A stretch of 64,000 bases of DNA from Escherichia coli. Its GTDB lineage: Bacteria; Pseudomonadota; Gammaproteobacteria; Enterobacterales; Enterobacteriaceae. Positions 52,390 through 63,107 of this stretch are shown here, in pieces. The notes beneath the pieces were generated by a model. That model saw only the letters and a list, made by a program, of their open reading frames with translations. It was not told where the DNA came from and did no database searches. The position numbers and the translations under genes were made by a program. Within the stretch, counting starts at the first letter, position 1, and each line of letters opens with the position of its first letter. The stretch is taken from NCBI RefSeq assembly GCF_016026235.1, contig NZ_CP065613.1. The stretch is one strand, 5' to 3'.

Positions 52390-52489
52390 TTTCGATAGGT
52401 TCTCAGATGAGAATGATGACGGTGATACACAGATAAGAATCAATGAGCAATGAGGGTTGCCGGGCAACCCTCATTGAATAAAACAGGAA

Positions 52490-52819
52490 TTACTTCGCTT
52501 CGCCGTTTTTCATTTCGCCCATAGCTTTCAGCTTTTTGGAGATATCGCGGCGTTCTTTGGAGAGCTCGGCATTTTTGATGATGTAATCGTCAACGCGATC
52601 TTCATAGTCACCTTTCATGCTGGCGATGATGCCCTGGATTGCTTCAACGCTCATCCCGGGCTTGATGTAATCGCTCAGGTTGTCCAGCAACAGGACGCGC
52701 TTCTGGTTGTCACGGATCTTTTTCTCAACGTCCTGAATTTCACGTTGCAGTTTGTTCTTACGACGGAACAGACGAACAAATTCCAGTACGTCCTGGAATG
52801 AAGGCTTGGTAGTTTCCAT
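52490..52819 (-). CDS. yeeX: UPF0265 / DUF496 protein
   Basis: 109-aa product [30 protein letters not shown]... Confidence 0.85.
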   Translation of the reverse strand: METTKPSFQDVLEFVRLFRRKNKLQREIQDVEKKIRDNQKRVLLLDNLSDYIKPGMSVEAIQGIIASMKGDYEDRVDDYIIKNAELSKERRDISKKLKAMGEMKNGEAK

Positions 52820-52990
52820 TTTTATACCCCTGATAATGTGAGAGTCGGATTCGTTTAAGCAACCGCTATTCGTTAGGGCCAACATTACTCATAGCTGCCG
52901 CAGATGACAATGCTTTTATCCCTTTTCACTATCATACCCTTTATCCTTGCTGAATCGAAGCAGCAGCAAGATGATTCTGAAGTTCAGGAA

Positions 52991-54049
52991 TTATTTGCGC
53001 AAGGCCCGGCAAATCAGACTCGATAGCAACTCAAGCTGATGTGCCGTTTCCATGTTCAGCCACACATAACCATAGATTGGTGTTTCCACAACCTTCAGGT
53101 CATGGTGGTTATTCAGCAACTGACGCAGCTCTTCCACAGCATCGTTCAATTTTTCCGTATTGGCAAAAACCGGCTGCGGATTACCTTCGTACAGCGCATG
53201 AACAAGGCTCAGCAGTATTTGCTGCATCATGTGCTGGGTATCACGAAGTTTTTGCGCGTTCAATAACACGAAATGGCTGGGGCGCGTGGCCCAGTATGCA
53301 TTGATTTGCAACTCCAGCATACAAACCAGATTGCGGTTAATGGTCTGGATACCTTCATATATCGATTTTGGAATACGAGTTTCTTTGCTGGCGGGCGCAA
53401 TCAGCCCACGCATTTTCACGGCATCGGTCAGGAGTTTTTGTAGATGGCTTTCCAGACGTGGGCGTTCGAGTAAGTTCGGTGAGAATGCAGATTGATAAAC
53501 CCGATTATACTCGGTCAGACTTTTCGCCAGTTGAATGCGCCAGTGGATGAACGCCCGTTGTGGCCAGATACCGGTAAACAACATTGCCAGTAAAGAGCCG
53601 AGGATCACATCGCCGCTTCGCCATAACGCCGTATCAATTTCACCTGTCGGGGAACCCACAACAATTGCCAGCGTCACCCCAATCAATAATCCTTGATACG
53701 GTTTCTTGCCCAGCGCCAGCCAACCGCAAAGAAACATAGCCGCCGCGCACCAGACTAACATCAGCGGTAACGAAATTAACTCCAGTTGCAGAGCGATAAG
53801 ACCTAAAATCGAACCCAACACCGTACCGCCAATACGTTCGAAGGCGCGAGGGACAACGTTACCCCAGAACGAGATTGGCCCCATAATCACCACCATGGTG
53901 ACCAGCGGCCAGGTGCTTTCCGGGATAGTAAACAGGCGGATAATGAGAAAAGTGAGCAGGAATGCCAGCGCGACCCGAGTACCATGCACAATGCGGTAAT
54001 GGCGGTATACCCGGATTTCAAACGGGCTTAATGACTTATCGGCACGCAC
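52991..54049 (-). CDS. yeeA: Inner-membrane protein YeeA (FUSC-like)
   Basis: 352-aa protein with an N-terminal membrane domain. Confidence 0.85.
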   Translation of the reverse strand: MRADKSLSPFEIRVYRHYRIVHGTRVALAFLLTFLIIRLFTIPESTWPLVTMVVIMGPISFWGNVVPRAFERIGGTVLGSILGLIALQLELISLPLMLVWCAAAMFLCGWLALGKKPYQGLLIGVTLAIVVGSPTGEIDTALWRSGDVILGSLLAMLFTGIWPQRAFIHWRIQLAKSLTEYNRVYQSAFSPNLLERPRLESHLQKLLTDAVKMRGLIAPASKETRIPKSIYEGIQTINRNLVCMLELQINAYWATRPSHFVLLNAQKLRDTQHMMQQILLSLVHALYEGNPQPVFANTEKLNDAVEELRQLLNNHHDLKVVETPIYGYVWLNMETAHQLELLSSLICRALRK

Positions 54050-54246
54050 GCAGAAACTCCGTAATGAAGATTAAAAGCGCTCATAACACATCTGTCGGCC
54101 AGAAGGCGCGCCTCTGAGTTATCCGACGGACATACCGGGAACAGTGTAATTTCCCGGCAGGAGCGAAAAATTTGAAAGGCGCATCTTACTCTTTTCGCTT
54201 TCAAAAAAAGAGTGGTCTTCGCGTCAACACACCGCCCTGAGATGAA

Positions 54247-54720
54247 TTAGTGATGTTTTGGCTGCACCGCAACATACATTTCGATATCCCAGTACCCATC
54301 TTCCGCGCCATTGTTCAAGTAAACCTCGAAGCAGGGCTTTGGTAACATTTCATAAGCACTGTCCTGCAAGAGGCTATTAAAGAACTGATACCAGGGTTTA
54401 GCAAAATCATCACCGACTACACGAGCTACCGCCACCGCATACTGACCACCTGAAATTTCTGTCAGAATGACGCCCTCACTGTTTTCGGGAAGCGTAAAGT
54501 AACCCGGCACCGTCACGACGGTGTCGCAGCGTAATTTTTCGGCGGGTGTTTCATCTGGATTGTCGTAATAGATAGCAACCCACTCCTTCGGCACAATATT
54601 TTTACTATCTACCCACATCATCAACTGCTCAAAACCTTTCTTTACCGTCTGTTCCCACGGGCCAACGAGATGGAAACCTGCAACGGTACGTTTATCTTCC
54701 TGCTTAATCTCGTAGTTCAT
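54247..54720 (-). CDS. sbmC: DNA gyrase inhibitor SbmC (GyrI)
   Basis: 157-aa product [26 protein letters not shown]... Confidence 0.9.
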   Translation of the reverse strand: MNYEIKQEDKRTVAGFHLVGPWEQTVKKGFEQLMMWVDSKNIVPKEWVAIYYDNPDETPAEKLRCDTVVTVPGYFTLPENSEGVILTEISGGQYAVAVARVVGDDFAKPWYQFFNSLLQDSAYEMLPKPCFEVYLNNGAEDGYWDIEMYVAVQPKHH

Positions 54721-54838
54721 GACGCCTCCATTAATACTGTTTTTATATACAGTATAGTTGCAAAATTAAAACCACAAGGAATGAGTGTTGATTATGCGAG
54801 CAGACTCGCACTCCTGCCAGTCTGCTGCAAAAGAAAGG

Positions 54839-56011
54839 TCAGGCCTTATGGTGGAAATAATCACTCAGGCGGGAAAACATGCCGCCTTCCCCGACAGATT
54901 CCAGGGTAACCAGCGGCCAGTGCGCCACCTGTTTATCACGGTCGTAAAGTTCAATTTCCCCTACCCGCTGATGGGCGCTAATTGGCGCGGTGAGCTCTTT
55001 ACCATCAAGGGTATATTTGGCTTTGATATGTGGAATTTCGGCTTTCGGTAGCACCATCCAGAACTCTTGTTCCGTTCCCAGGTCGATATTTTCTTTATCG
55101 CCATACCAGATGCGTTCCGTTCCGACCTTTTTCCCACGGCGCAAAATTTGCACCGTAGTAAAGTTTTGTTGCCCCCAACGTAGTAATTTTCTTGCCTCTT
55201 CCTCACGACCTTTTGCACTGTCAGCCCCCATTACCACTGCAATGAGACGACGCTGCCCATCTACAGCCGAAGCAATGAGATTAAACCCGGCACCAGAAGT
55301 ATGACCCGTTTTCAGGCCGTCAACATTCATGGTTTTATCCCACAACAACCCGTTACGGTTTTGCTGGGTGATACCGTTCCAGGTGAGGCTTTTCTCACTG
55401 TACATATGATAAAACTCGGGCTCGCCGTGGATGATAGCGCGAGAAAGCACAGCTAAATCATAAGCCAAGCTATGCTGGCCAGGTGCATCCAGACCATGCA
55501 CTGTTTCAAAATGCGTATCCTTGAGATGCAGCTTCTCGGCATAGTTGTTCATCATTTCAACAAACTGCCGTTGCCCACCGGCAATATAGTCAGCCAGTGC
55601 AACACAAGCGTCATTTCCGGAATCCACAATTAAACCACGGCTTAAATCACGTACCGATACGCGATCGCCCTCTTTCAAAAACATCAGTGAAGAACCGACA
55701 AACACCGGATTATCTTTCGCCCACGCATCGCGCCCCACGGTGACAATATCGTCTGGCGTAATGCGATGACTATCGATAGCGCGATCCACGACATAGCCCG
55801 TCATCAGCTTTGTCAGGCTGGCGGGATTGCGCTGTTGATGCTCATTACCCGCGGTGAGAATCTGACCGGTGGTGTAATCCATCAATACCCAGGACCCGGC
55901 ATGAATCTCTGGAGGCTGAGGTGAAAAAGGAATGTTTTCCGCCGCAAAACCAGACGATAAATTAAAAACGAACAAAGAAGCAGCAATAATAAGACGGCGT
56001 TTCAACAGCAA
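54839..56011 (-). CDS. dacD: D-alanyl-D-alanine carboxypeptidase (PBP6b)
   Basis: Signal peptide plus serine-peptidase S11 motifs (SLTK, SGN, KTG). Confidence 0.9.
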   Translation of the reverse strand: MLLKRRLIIAASLFVFNLSSGFAAENIPFSPQPPEIHAGSWVLMDYTTGQILTAGNEHQQRNPASLTKLMTGYVVDRAIDSHRITPDDIVTVGRDAWAKDNPVFVGSSLMFLKEGDRVSVRDLSRGLIVDSGNDACVALADYIAGGQRQFVEMMNNYAEKLHLKDTHFETVHGLDAPGQHSLAYDLAVLSRAIIHGEPEFYHMYSEKSLTWNGITQQNRNGLLWDKTMNVDGLKTGHTSGAGFNLIASAVDGQRRLIAVVMGADSAKGREEEARKLLRWGQQNFTTVQILRRGKKVGTERIWYGDKENIDLGTEQEFWMVLPKAEIPHIKAKYTLDGKELTAPISAHQRVGEIELYDRDKQVAHWPLVTLESVGEGGMFSRLSDYFHHKA

Positions 56012-56213
56012 ACCCTCAGGTGTTTCAAATAGCTGTTCTTTTTACGGAAATACTTATGAACTGGCTGGAATAAAGTGCAAGAAAATGTGACTACTATCTC
56101 ATTTTTATCTGACATGATCTGTTGCCACTCGCTGCCAAATTGTCGCGCTAAAGCTGATTAGCACGGTGATATTTGATACTCTGGCAGACAGCAGAAATAA
56201 CGGATTTAACCTA

Positions 56214-57641
56214 ATGATGAATGACGGTAAGCAACAATCTACCTTTTTGTTTCACGATTACGAAACCTTTGGAACGCACCCCGCGTTAGATCGCCCTGCA
56301 CAGTTCGCAGCCATTCGCACTGATAACGAATTCAATGTCATCGGCGAACCCGAAGTCTTTTACTGCAAGCCCGCGGATGACTATTTACCCCAGCCTGGAG
56401 CAGTATTAATTACCGGTATTACCCCGCAGGAGGCACGGGCGAAAGGAGAAAACGAAGCCGCGTTTGCCGCCCGTATTCACTCGCTTTTTACCGTACCGAA
56501 GACCTGTATTCTGGGCTACAACAATGTGCGTTTCGACGACGAAGTCACACGCAACGTTTTTTATCGTAATTTCTACGATCCTTACGCCTGGAGCTGGCAG
56601 CATGATAACTCGCGCTGGGATTTACTGGATGTTATGCGTGCCTGTTATGCCCTGCGCCCGGAAGGAATAAACTGGCCTGAAAATGATGACGGTCTACCGA
56701 GCTTTCGCCTTGAGCATTTAACCAAAGCGAATGGCATTGAACATAGCAACGCCCACGATGCGATGGCTGATGTGTACGCCACTATTGCGATGGCGAAACT
56801 GGTAAAAACGCGTCAGCCACGCCTGTTTGATTATCTCTTTACCCATCGTAATAAACACAAACTGATGGCGTTGATTGATGTTCCGCAGATGAAACCCCTG
56901 GTTCACGTTTCCGGAATGTTTGGGGCATGGCGCGGCAATACCAGCTGGGTGGCACCGCTGGCGTGGCATCCTGAAAATCGCAATGCCGTAATTATGGTGG
57001 ATTTGGCAGGAGACATTTCGCCATTACTGGAGCTGGATAGCGACACATTGCGCGAGCGTTTATATACCGCAAAAGCCGATCTTGGCGATAACGCCGCCGT
57101 TCCGGTTAAGCTGGTGCATATCAATAAATGTCCGGTACTGGCCCAGGCGAATACGCTACGCCCGGAAGATGCCGACCGACTGGGAATTAATCGTCAGCAT
57201 TGCCTCGATAACCTAAAAATTCTGCGTGAAAATCCGCAAGTGCGTGAAAAAGTGGTGGCGATATTCGCGGAAGCCGAACCGTTTACGCCTTCAGATAACG
57301 TGGATGCACAGCTTTATAATGGCTTTTTCAGTGACGCCGATCGTGCAGCAATGAAAATTGTGCTGGAAACCGAGCCGCGTAATTTACCGGCACTGGATAT
57401 CACTTTTGTTGATAAACGAATTGAAAAACTGTTGTTCAATTATCGAGCGCGCAACTTCCCGGGGACGCTGGATTATGCCGAGCAGCAACGCTGGCTGGAG
57501 CACCGCCGCCAGGTCTTCACGCCAGAGTTTTTGCAGGTCTACGCTGATGAATTGCAGATGCTGGCACAACAGTATGCCGATGACAAAGAGAAAGTGGCGC
57601 TGTTAAAAGCGCTTTGGCAGTACGCGGAAGAGATCGTCTGA
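56214..57641 (+). CDS. sbcB: Exodeoxyribonuclease I
   Basis: 475-aa product from MMNDGKQQSTFLFHDYETFGTHPALDRPAQFAAIR (DnaQ-like exonuclease motif). Confidence 0.9.
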   Translation: MMNDGKQQSTFLFHDYETFGTHPALDRPAQFAAIRTDNEFNVIGEPEVFYCKPADDYLPQPGAVLITGITPQEARAKGENEAAFAARIHSLFTVPKTCILGYNNVRFDDEVTRNVFYRNFYDPYAWSWQHDNSRWDLLDVMRACYALRPEGINWPENDDGLPSFRLEHLTKANGIEHSNAHDAMADVYATIAMAKLVKTRQPRLFDYLFTHRNKHKLMALIDVPQMKPLVHVSGMFGAWRGNTSWVAPLAWHPENRNAVIMVDLAGDISPLLELDSDTLRERLYTAKADLGDNAAVPVKLVHINKCPVLAQANTLRPEDADRLGINRQHCLDNLKILRENPQVREKVVAIFAEAEPFTPSDNVDAQLYNGFFSDADRAAMKIVLETEPRNLPALDITFVDKRIEKLLFNYRARNFPGTLDYAEQQRWLEHRRQVFTPEFLQVYADELQMLAQQYADDKEKVALLKALWQYAEEIV

Positions 57642-57644
57642 AAC

Positions 57645-57677
57645 AAAAAAGCCGGAGCGACAAACTCCGGCTTTTTG
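57645..57677. terminator. Bidirectional terminator between convergent sbcB and plaP
   Basis: Hairpin aaaaaagccggagcgacaaactccggcttttt; a second hairpin accggatgattatgtcatccggt follows at 57684-57706. Confidence 0.5.
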
Positions 57678-57714
57678 AGATTTACCGGATGATTATGTCA
57701 TCCGGTTTGTAAGA

Positions 57715-59073
57715 TTACGCTACGTCTTCGTACTGCGGAACCGGGTTACGGAAACTCTTGGTTACGCAAGCCAGATAAATCAGGCCGATAGCAGCCCAGA
57801 TCAGACCCAGAACCATTGAGCTTTCTTCCAGGTTAACCCACAGCGCACCAACGGTCAGCGCACCACACATCGGCAGGAACAGATACTGGAAGTGATCTTT
57901 CAGCGTCTTGTTACGCTTCTCACGGATCCAAAACTGCGAGATGACCGACAGGTTAACGAAGGTGAACGCCACCAACGCACCAAAGTTAATCAGCGCCGTA
58001 GCCATTACCAGGTCGAAGTTGATTGCCAGCAGGGCAATCGCGCCAACCAGGATGATGTTCATCGCCGGAGTACGCCATTTCGGGTGTACATAACCGAAGA
58101 AGCTTTTCGGGAACACGCCGTCACGACCCATTACGTACATCAGACGCGCAACGCCTGCGTGCGCCGCCATACCGGACGCCAGTACGGTAATGGTGGAGAA
58201 GATCAGCGCGCCAACCTGGAACGCTTTACCCGCCACGTACAGCATGATTTCAGGCTGTGACGCATCCGGATCTTTAAAGCGAGAGATATCCGGGAAGTAC
58301 AACTGCAGGAAGTAAGTTGCAAAGATGAAGATCATGCCGCCGATCAGCGCGGTCAGGAAAATCGCACGCGGGATCACGCGCTCTGCATCTTTGGTTTCTT
58401 CCGACAGGTTGCTGATGCCGTCAAAGCCGGTAAAGGAGAAGCACAGGATTGTCGCCCCGGTAATCATCGGGATAACATGCGCATCGCCAGACCAGAACGG
58501 ACGCGTGCTCGCCAGCGTACCAGCGCCTTCACCTTCAAATACGCCATAAACAACCATGCCCAGAATCACCGCGATCAGCACTACCTGCAACACGACGATT
58601 ACAGTGTTGAAGTTCGCTACGGATTTCAGACTACGCAGGTTAAAGGCGGTCATAAAGGCCACCAGCGCCACCACAAACATCCACGATGGAATGGAAGGCA
58701 CCAGAGCTTCAAAATAGATTTTCGCCAGCAGAATGTTGATCATCGGCGCGAACAGATAGTCGAGCAGAGAAGACCACCCCACCATAAAGCCGACAGTCGG
58801 GCTAATGGATTTCTGGGCGTAAGTGTATGCAGAGCCAGCAGAAGGATAGCGGCGAACCAGCTTCCCGTAGCTCAGAGCCGTAAACAGGATCGCAATCAAT
58901 GCGAACGCATAGGCTGTCGGCACATGACCATCCGTGAGGCCTGAAACGATACCAAATGTATCAAACAGCGTCATCGGCTGCATATAGGCTAGACCCATCA
59001 TTACAACCGGAACTAACGTAAGCGTTTTACGCAATTCCACGCGAGAGGTGTTTGGAGTAACGTTATGCGACAT
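57715..59073 (-). CDS. plaP: Putrescine importer (APC family)
   Basis: 452-aa 12-TM permease from [24 protein letters not shown]... Confidence 0.9.
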   Translation of the reverse strand: MSHNVTPNTSRVELRKTLTLVPVVMMGLAYMQPMTLFDTFGIVSGLTDGHVPTAYAFALIAILFTALSYGKLVRRYPSAGSAYTYAQKSISPTVGFMVGWSSLLDYLFAPMINILLAKIYFEALVPSIPSWMFVVALVAFMTAFNLRSLKSVANFNTVIVVLQVVLIAVILGMVVYGVFEGEGAGTLASTRPFWSGDAHVIPMITGATILCFSFTGFDGISNLSEETKDAERVIPRAIFLTALIGGMIFIFATYFLQLYFPDISRFKDPDASQPEIMLYVAGKAFQVGALIFSTITVLASGMAAHAGVARLMYVMGRDGVFPKSFFGYVHPKWRTPAMNIILVGAIALLAINFDLVMATALINFGALVAFTFVNLSVISQFWIREKRNKTLKDHFQYLFLPMCGALTVGALWVNLEESSMVLGLIWAAIGLIYLACVTKSFRNPVPQYEDVA

Positions 59074-59339
59074 GGTCATTCTCCTTTACGGTGATAACCG
59101 TCGCGTAAGCAAAAAATTGCCCCATTTTTTTGGATTCCTCAGCGACAACAACTGTCGATTTTTAGTAAATATCTATCCGGTACGAAGCCCGGCCTCTTGG
59201 TATGAATGATTGGTTTGAAGCAAAAAATAACCGACGCTGATGAAACGTCGGTTTTTAGTCATTTTTTGACAGCGGCGCATTGTGCCTAAATGGGGGGGAA
59301 ATGACAAGAGAATGAGAGGCTTGTCATAATAATTTTTCT

Positions 59340-60269
59340 TTAAATGGCTGATTTTCCGTCATCAGATTTTGCATAAACACCGGCGATCGCACTATTTGCT
59401 AAAATTTCATCTCGCCACCAGCCGCTGGCAAGCCCTGCGGTCTGTTCGTTCCAGCCAATCCAGACGGGTTCAAAGAGAGTTTGGGCGACCACTTTCTTCT
59501 CGATTAACGCGCCACTATCGAGAAAACGTTGCGCCAGATAACGGGGTAAATAGCCGCAGCCGAGGCCGCTAATTTGCAGCTCCAGCTTGGTTTTAAAATC
59601 GAAAACGGTAATGGCTTCTTGTTCGTCGAGAAGTTGTGAGGCCGTAGAAGCGCCTGCCTGCACAGTATCCCCCACCACAATCGCCCGATATCGCTTAATA
59701 ATACGACGATTTAACGGATCTTCTTCCAGGGCTAACGGATGATGAGGCGCGACCGCAAAGACTTGTTCCAGATCGCCCAACCGCGAGAAACCAAACTCAC
59801 TGGAAGATGGTGGCTCATGCATTGCGCCAACAATAATATCCGCTCGCCCCTGAGTCAGGGCATCCCAGGAACCACCGAGTACGCCATTGATAAACTTCAG
59901 GCGCGTCACGCTATGATGTTGATAAAAAGCTTCAATGAGTGGAGCAAGCAGAGAAAAAGGAAACGTGTCGTCCACGCCAATCACCAGCTCGTTTTCCCAG
60001 CCTTCGTGCAGTTTGATCGCCTGCTTTTCCAGTTCCCGCACGGTATGCAGAACTTCCCGCCCTTTCTCTAATAACATTTTTCCGGTACGGGTGAATTTAG
60101 CGCGGTGACCGCTACGATCAAGCAATTGAATATTAAGGTCGCTTTCCAGCTTGTGAACGGTGTAACTCAGAGCGGACGGCGTCTTGTAGAGTTTGGCCGA
60201 CGCCGCCGCAAAACTGCCTTCTTTTTCTAAGGCATCGAGGATCATCAACACATCCAGCAGTGGTTTCAT
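59340..60269 (-). CDS. yeeY: LysR-family transcriptional regulator
   Basis: N-terminal HTH (…FAAASAKLYKTPSALSYTVHKLE…); start chosen at MKPLLDVL. Confidence 0.85.
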   Translation of the reverse strand: MKPLLDVLMILDALEKEGSFAAASAKLYKTPSALSYTVHKLESDLNIQLLDRSGHRAKFTRTGKMLLEKGREVLHTVRELEKQAIKLHEGWENELVIGVDDTFPFSLLAPLIEAFYQHHSVTRLKFINGVLGGSWDALTQGRADIIVGAMHEPPSSSEFGFSRLGDLEQVFAVAPHHPLALEEDPLNRRIIKRYRAIVVGDTVQAGASTASQLLDEQEAITVFDFKTKLELQISGLGCGYLPRYLAQRFLDSGALIEKKVVAQTLFEPVWIGWNEQTAGLASGWWRDEILANSAIAGVYAKSDDGKSAI

Positions 60270-60314
60270 ACACGCCCCCTTGCAGTGCATGCGGCGTCCT
60301 GCTGGCGTGATCGT

Positions 60315-61139
60315 TTACTCCAGCGGCATTACCAGCGGATCGGGATACTGGTATTCAAATCCCAGTTCATTACAAATCCGACTGCCATCAATAATCTTAC
60401 CTTTGCCGCTGTCCAGACTATTTCTGAACTGCGGAGGTTCCAGCCCCAGTAAACGGGCCATCTGCGGATAGAAAACATTACGCGCAGGGTGAGCTGGCGC
60501 ACATATATTATAGATGTGTCCGCCTTTAGGTGCCTGTAACAACAGAGTGATAGCGCCAATAACATCTTCTAAATGGACTAAATTAACACCATGTTCACCA
60601 TCAGGCGCGGTTTTTCCGGCAAAGAAGCGTCCGGGATGACGCCCCGGTCCGACCAGCCCCGCAAGACGCAGAATATCGACCGAAGTACCGGGTAAATTGT
60701 GCAACCAGTCTTCGAGTTCTTCTAATACTCGTCCACTGTTGGTCACCGGATTACGCGGGGTGGTTTCTTTCACCGTGCCTTGCGCGTCGCCATAGACAGA
60801 CGTTGAGCTGGTAAAAATAATTCGGGGAATACGATGGGCCAGCGCGCTATCCACTAACTCTTGTACCGCTTGTAAATAGAACTCATCGCCGGGGCCGCTA
60901 CGACGTGCCGGAAGCGTAATGACCAGCGCATCGGCATCCATCAGGGCATCCAGATCGTCAGAATCGCAAACTAACTCAGGCTCCATGCGAAGCAGATAGC
61001 TGTCAATGCCACTCATTCGGGCCGCTTCGACACCATCTTGTGTGGTTTTACTCCCGGTGACTTGCCAGCCTCGCGCTGAAAGTGACATCGCCAGCGGCAT
61101 GCCTAACCACCCTAACCCGACAATTGCGACCTTTTTCAT
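60315..61139 (-). CDS. yeeZ: NAD(P)-binding epimerase/dehydratase-family protein
   Basis: Rossmann motif VAIVGLGWLG at the N-terminus. Confidence 0.85.
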   Translation of the reverse strand: MKKVAIVGLGWLGMPLAMSLSARGWQVTGSKTTQDGVEAARMSGIDSYLLRMEPELVCDSDDLDALMDADALVITLPARRSGPGDEFYLQAVQELVDSALAHRIPRIIFTSSTSVYGDAQGTVKETTPRNPVTNSGRVLEELEDWLHNLPGTSVDILRLAGLVGPGRHPGRFFAGKTAPDGEHGVNLVHLEDVIGAITLLLQAPKGGHIYNICAPAHPARNVFYPQMARLLGLEPPQFRNSLDSGKGKIIDGSRICNELGFEYQYPDPLVMPLE

Positions 61140-61221
61140 CCGTTATCTCCTGATACACCTTAGATCTATAAGGCTACGCTAGCGTATCAAAACTGACAAT
61201 TCATTCTATGAATGAATCTGT

Positions 61222-61476
61222 TCAATAATGATAACGACATGCTGCAATGAGCAGTGAATCATCAGTAACCGCGTATACCAGACGGTGCTCCTCTGTAATG
61301 CGTCGGGACCAGAAACCTGACAAATTATGTTTCAGGGGTTCTGGTTTCCCCTTACCTTCAAATGGTGTTCTGCGGGTATCTTTGATAAGTTCATTGATCT
61401 TTTTAACAATTCGCTTATCTGTTTCCTGCCAGTACAGATAATCATCCCATGATTCCTCAGACCAGATTAGTTTCAC
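61222..61476 (-). CDS. yoeB: Type II toxin YoeB (ribosome-dependent mRNA interferase)
   Basis: 84-aa product [50 protein letters not shown]... Confidence 0.9.
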
Positions 61477-61724
61477 TCAATAATGTCCTTTTCCGTTCCT
61501 TTGCCTGATTTCAGGCTATCGATTGAGTCCATCAATCTCCGGGCGTTAGCGGGGGAACGCAGTAGATAAGCCGTCTCTTCCAGCGAGTTGTATTCTTCGA
61601 GTGACATCAGAACACAAGCCTCTCCATTCTGACGAGTAATGAGGATCGGGGCATGATCTTCAACGGCTTTCATCATTGTTGCCGACAAATTCTGACGCGC
61701 TTCGCTGTAGCTAATTGTACGCAT
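61473..61724 (-). CDS. yefM: Type II antitoxin YefM
   Basis: 83-aa product [45 protein letters not shown]...; its stop overlaps the yoeB start (ATGA). Confidence 0.9.
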
Positions 61725-61737
61725 GTAAATCTCCTCT

Positions 61738-61765
61738 TTTGTACAGTTCATTGTACAATGATGGG
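61738..61765 (-). promoter_or_regulatory. yefM-yoeB operator (paired TGTACA palindromes)
   Basis: ttgtacagttcattgtacaatg immediately upstream of yefM contains two TGTACA cores (61742-61747 and 61754-61759). Confidence 0.5.
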
Positions 61766-62006
61766 TGTTAATTAACTATTTATTAATTAGTTTGTAGATC
61801 AAGACATTGTCAGCGAGACGAAAAATCAGACTTTGCTCTTTTTGGTGCTGTCAAGTTAGAGGACAGTCCTCTTAGCCCCCTCCTTTCCCCGCTCATTCAT
61901 TAAACAAATCCATCGCCATAAAATATATAAAAAAGCCCTTGCTTTCTAACGTGAAAGTGGTTTAGGTTAAAAGACATCAGTTGAATAAACATTCACAGAG
62001 ACTTTT

Positions 62007-62057
62007 ATGACACGCGTTCAATTTAAACACCACCATCATCACCATCATCCTGACTAG
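62007..62057 (+). CDS. hisL: his operon leader peptide
   Basis: ATG ACA CGC GTT CAA TTT AAA followed by seven consecutive His codons, CCT GAC TAG (MTRVQFKHHHHHHHPD). Confidence 0.9.
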   Translation: MTRVQFKHHHHHHHPD

Positions 62058-62119
62058 TCTTTCAGGCGATGTGTGCTGGAAGACATTCAGATCTTCCAGT
62101 GGTGCATGAACGCATGAGA

Positions 62120-62154
62120 AAGCCCCCGGAAGATCACCTTCCGGGGGCTTTTTT
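62120..62154 (+). terminator. his attenuator terminator
   Basis: agcccccggaagatcaccttccgggggct followed by tttttt, between hisL and hisG. Confidence 0.8.
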
Positions 62155-62202
62155 ATTGCGCGGTTGATAACGGTTCAGACAGGTTTAAAGAGGAATAACA
62201 AA

Positions 62203-63102
62203 ATGACAGACAACACTCGTTTACGCATAGCTATGCAGAAATCCGGCCGTTTAAGTGATGACTCACGCGAATTGCTGGCGCGCTGTGGCATTAAAATTAA
62301 TCTTCACACCCAGCGCCTGATCGCGATGGCAGAAAACATGCCGATTGATATTCTGCGCGTGCGTGACGACGACATTCCCGGTCTGGTAATGGACGGCGTG
62401 GTAGACCTTGGAATTATCGGCGAAAACGTGCTGGAAGAAGAACTGCTTAACCGCCGCGCCCAGGGTGAAGATCCGCGCTACTTTACCTTGCGTCGTCTGG
62501 ATTTCGGCGGCTGCCGCCTTTCGCTGGCAACGCCGGTTGATGAAGCCTGGGACGGCCCGCTCTCCTTAAATGGTAAACGTATCGCCACCTCTTATCCTCA
62601 CCTGCTCAAGCGTTATCTCGACCAGAAAGGCATCTCTTTTAAATCCTGCTTACTGAACGGTTCTGTTGAAGTCGCCCCGCGTGCCGGACTGGCGGATGCG
62701 ATTTGCGATCTGGTTTCCACCGGTGCCACGCTGGAAGCTAACGGCCTGCGAGAAGTCGAAGTTATCTACCGCTCGAAAGCCTGCCTGATCCAGCGCGATG
62801 GCGAAATGGAAGAATCCAAACAGCAACTGATCGACAAACTGCTGACCCGTATTCAGGGTGTGATCCAGGCACGCGAATCAAAATACATCATGATGCACGC
62901 ACCGACCGAACGTCTGGATGAAGTCATCGCCCTGCTGCCAGGTGCCGAACGCCCAACCATTCTGCCGCTGGCGGGAGACCAACAACGCGTAGCGATGCAC
63001 ATGGTCAGTAGCGAAACCCTGTTCTGGGAAACGATGGAAAAACTGAAAGCGCTGGGTGCCAGTTCAATCCTGGTCTTGCCGATTGAGAAGATGATGGAGT
63101 GA
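62203..63102 (+). CDS. hisG: ATP phosphoribosyltransferase
   Basis: 299-aa product from [20 protein letters not shown]... Confidence 0.9.
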
Positions 63103-63107
63103 TCGCC

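Noticed and set aside
62028-62048. Run of CAC/CAT triplets that looks like a microsatellite
   Set aside because: It is the seven-histidine codon run of the hisL leader peptide (the attenuation sensor), not a simple repeat.
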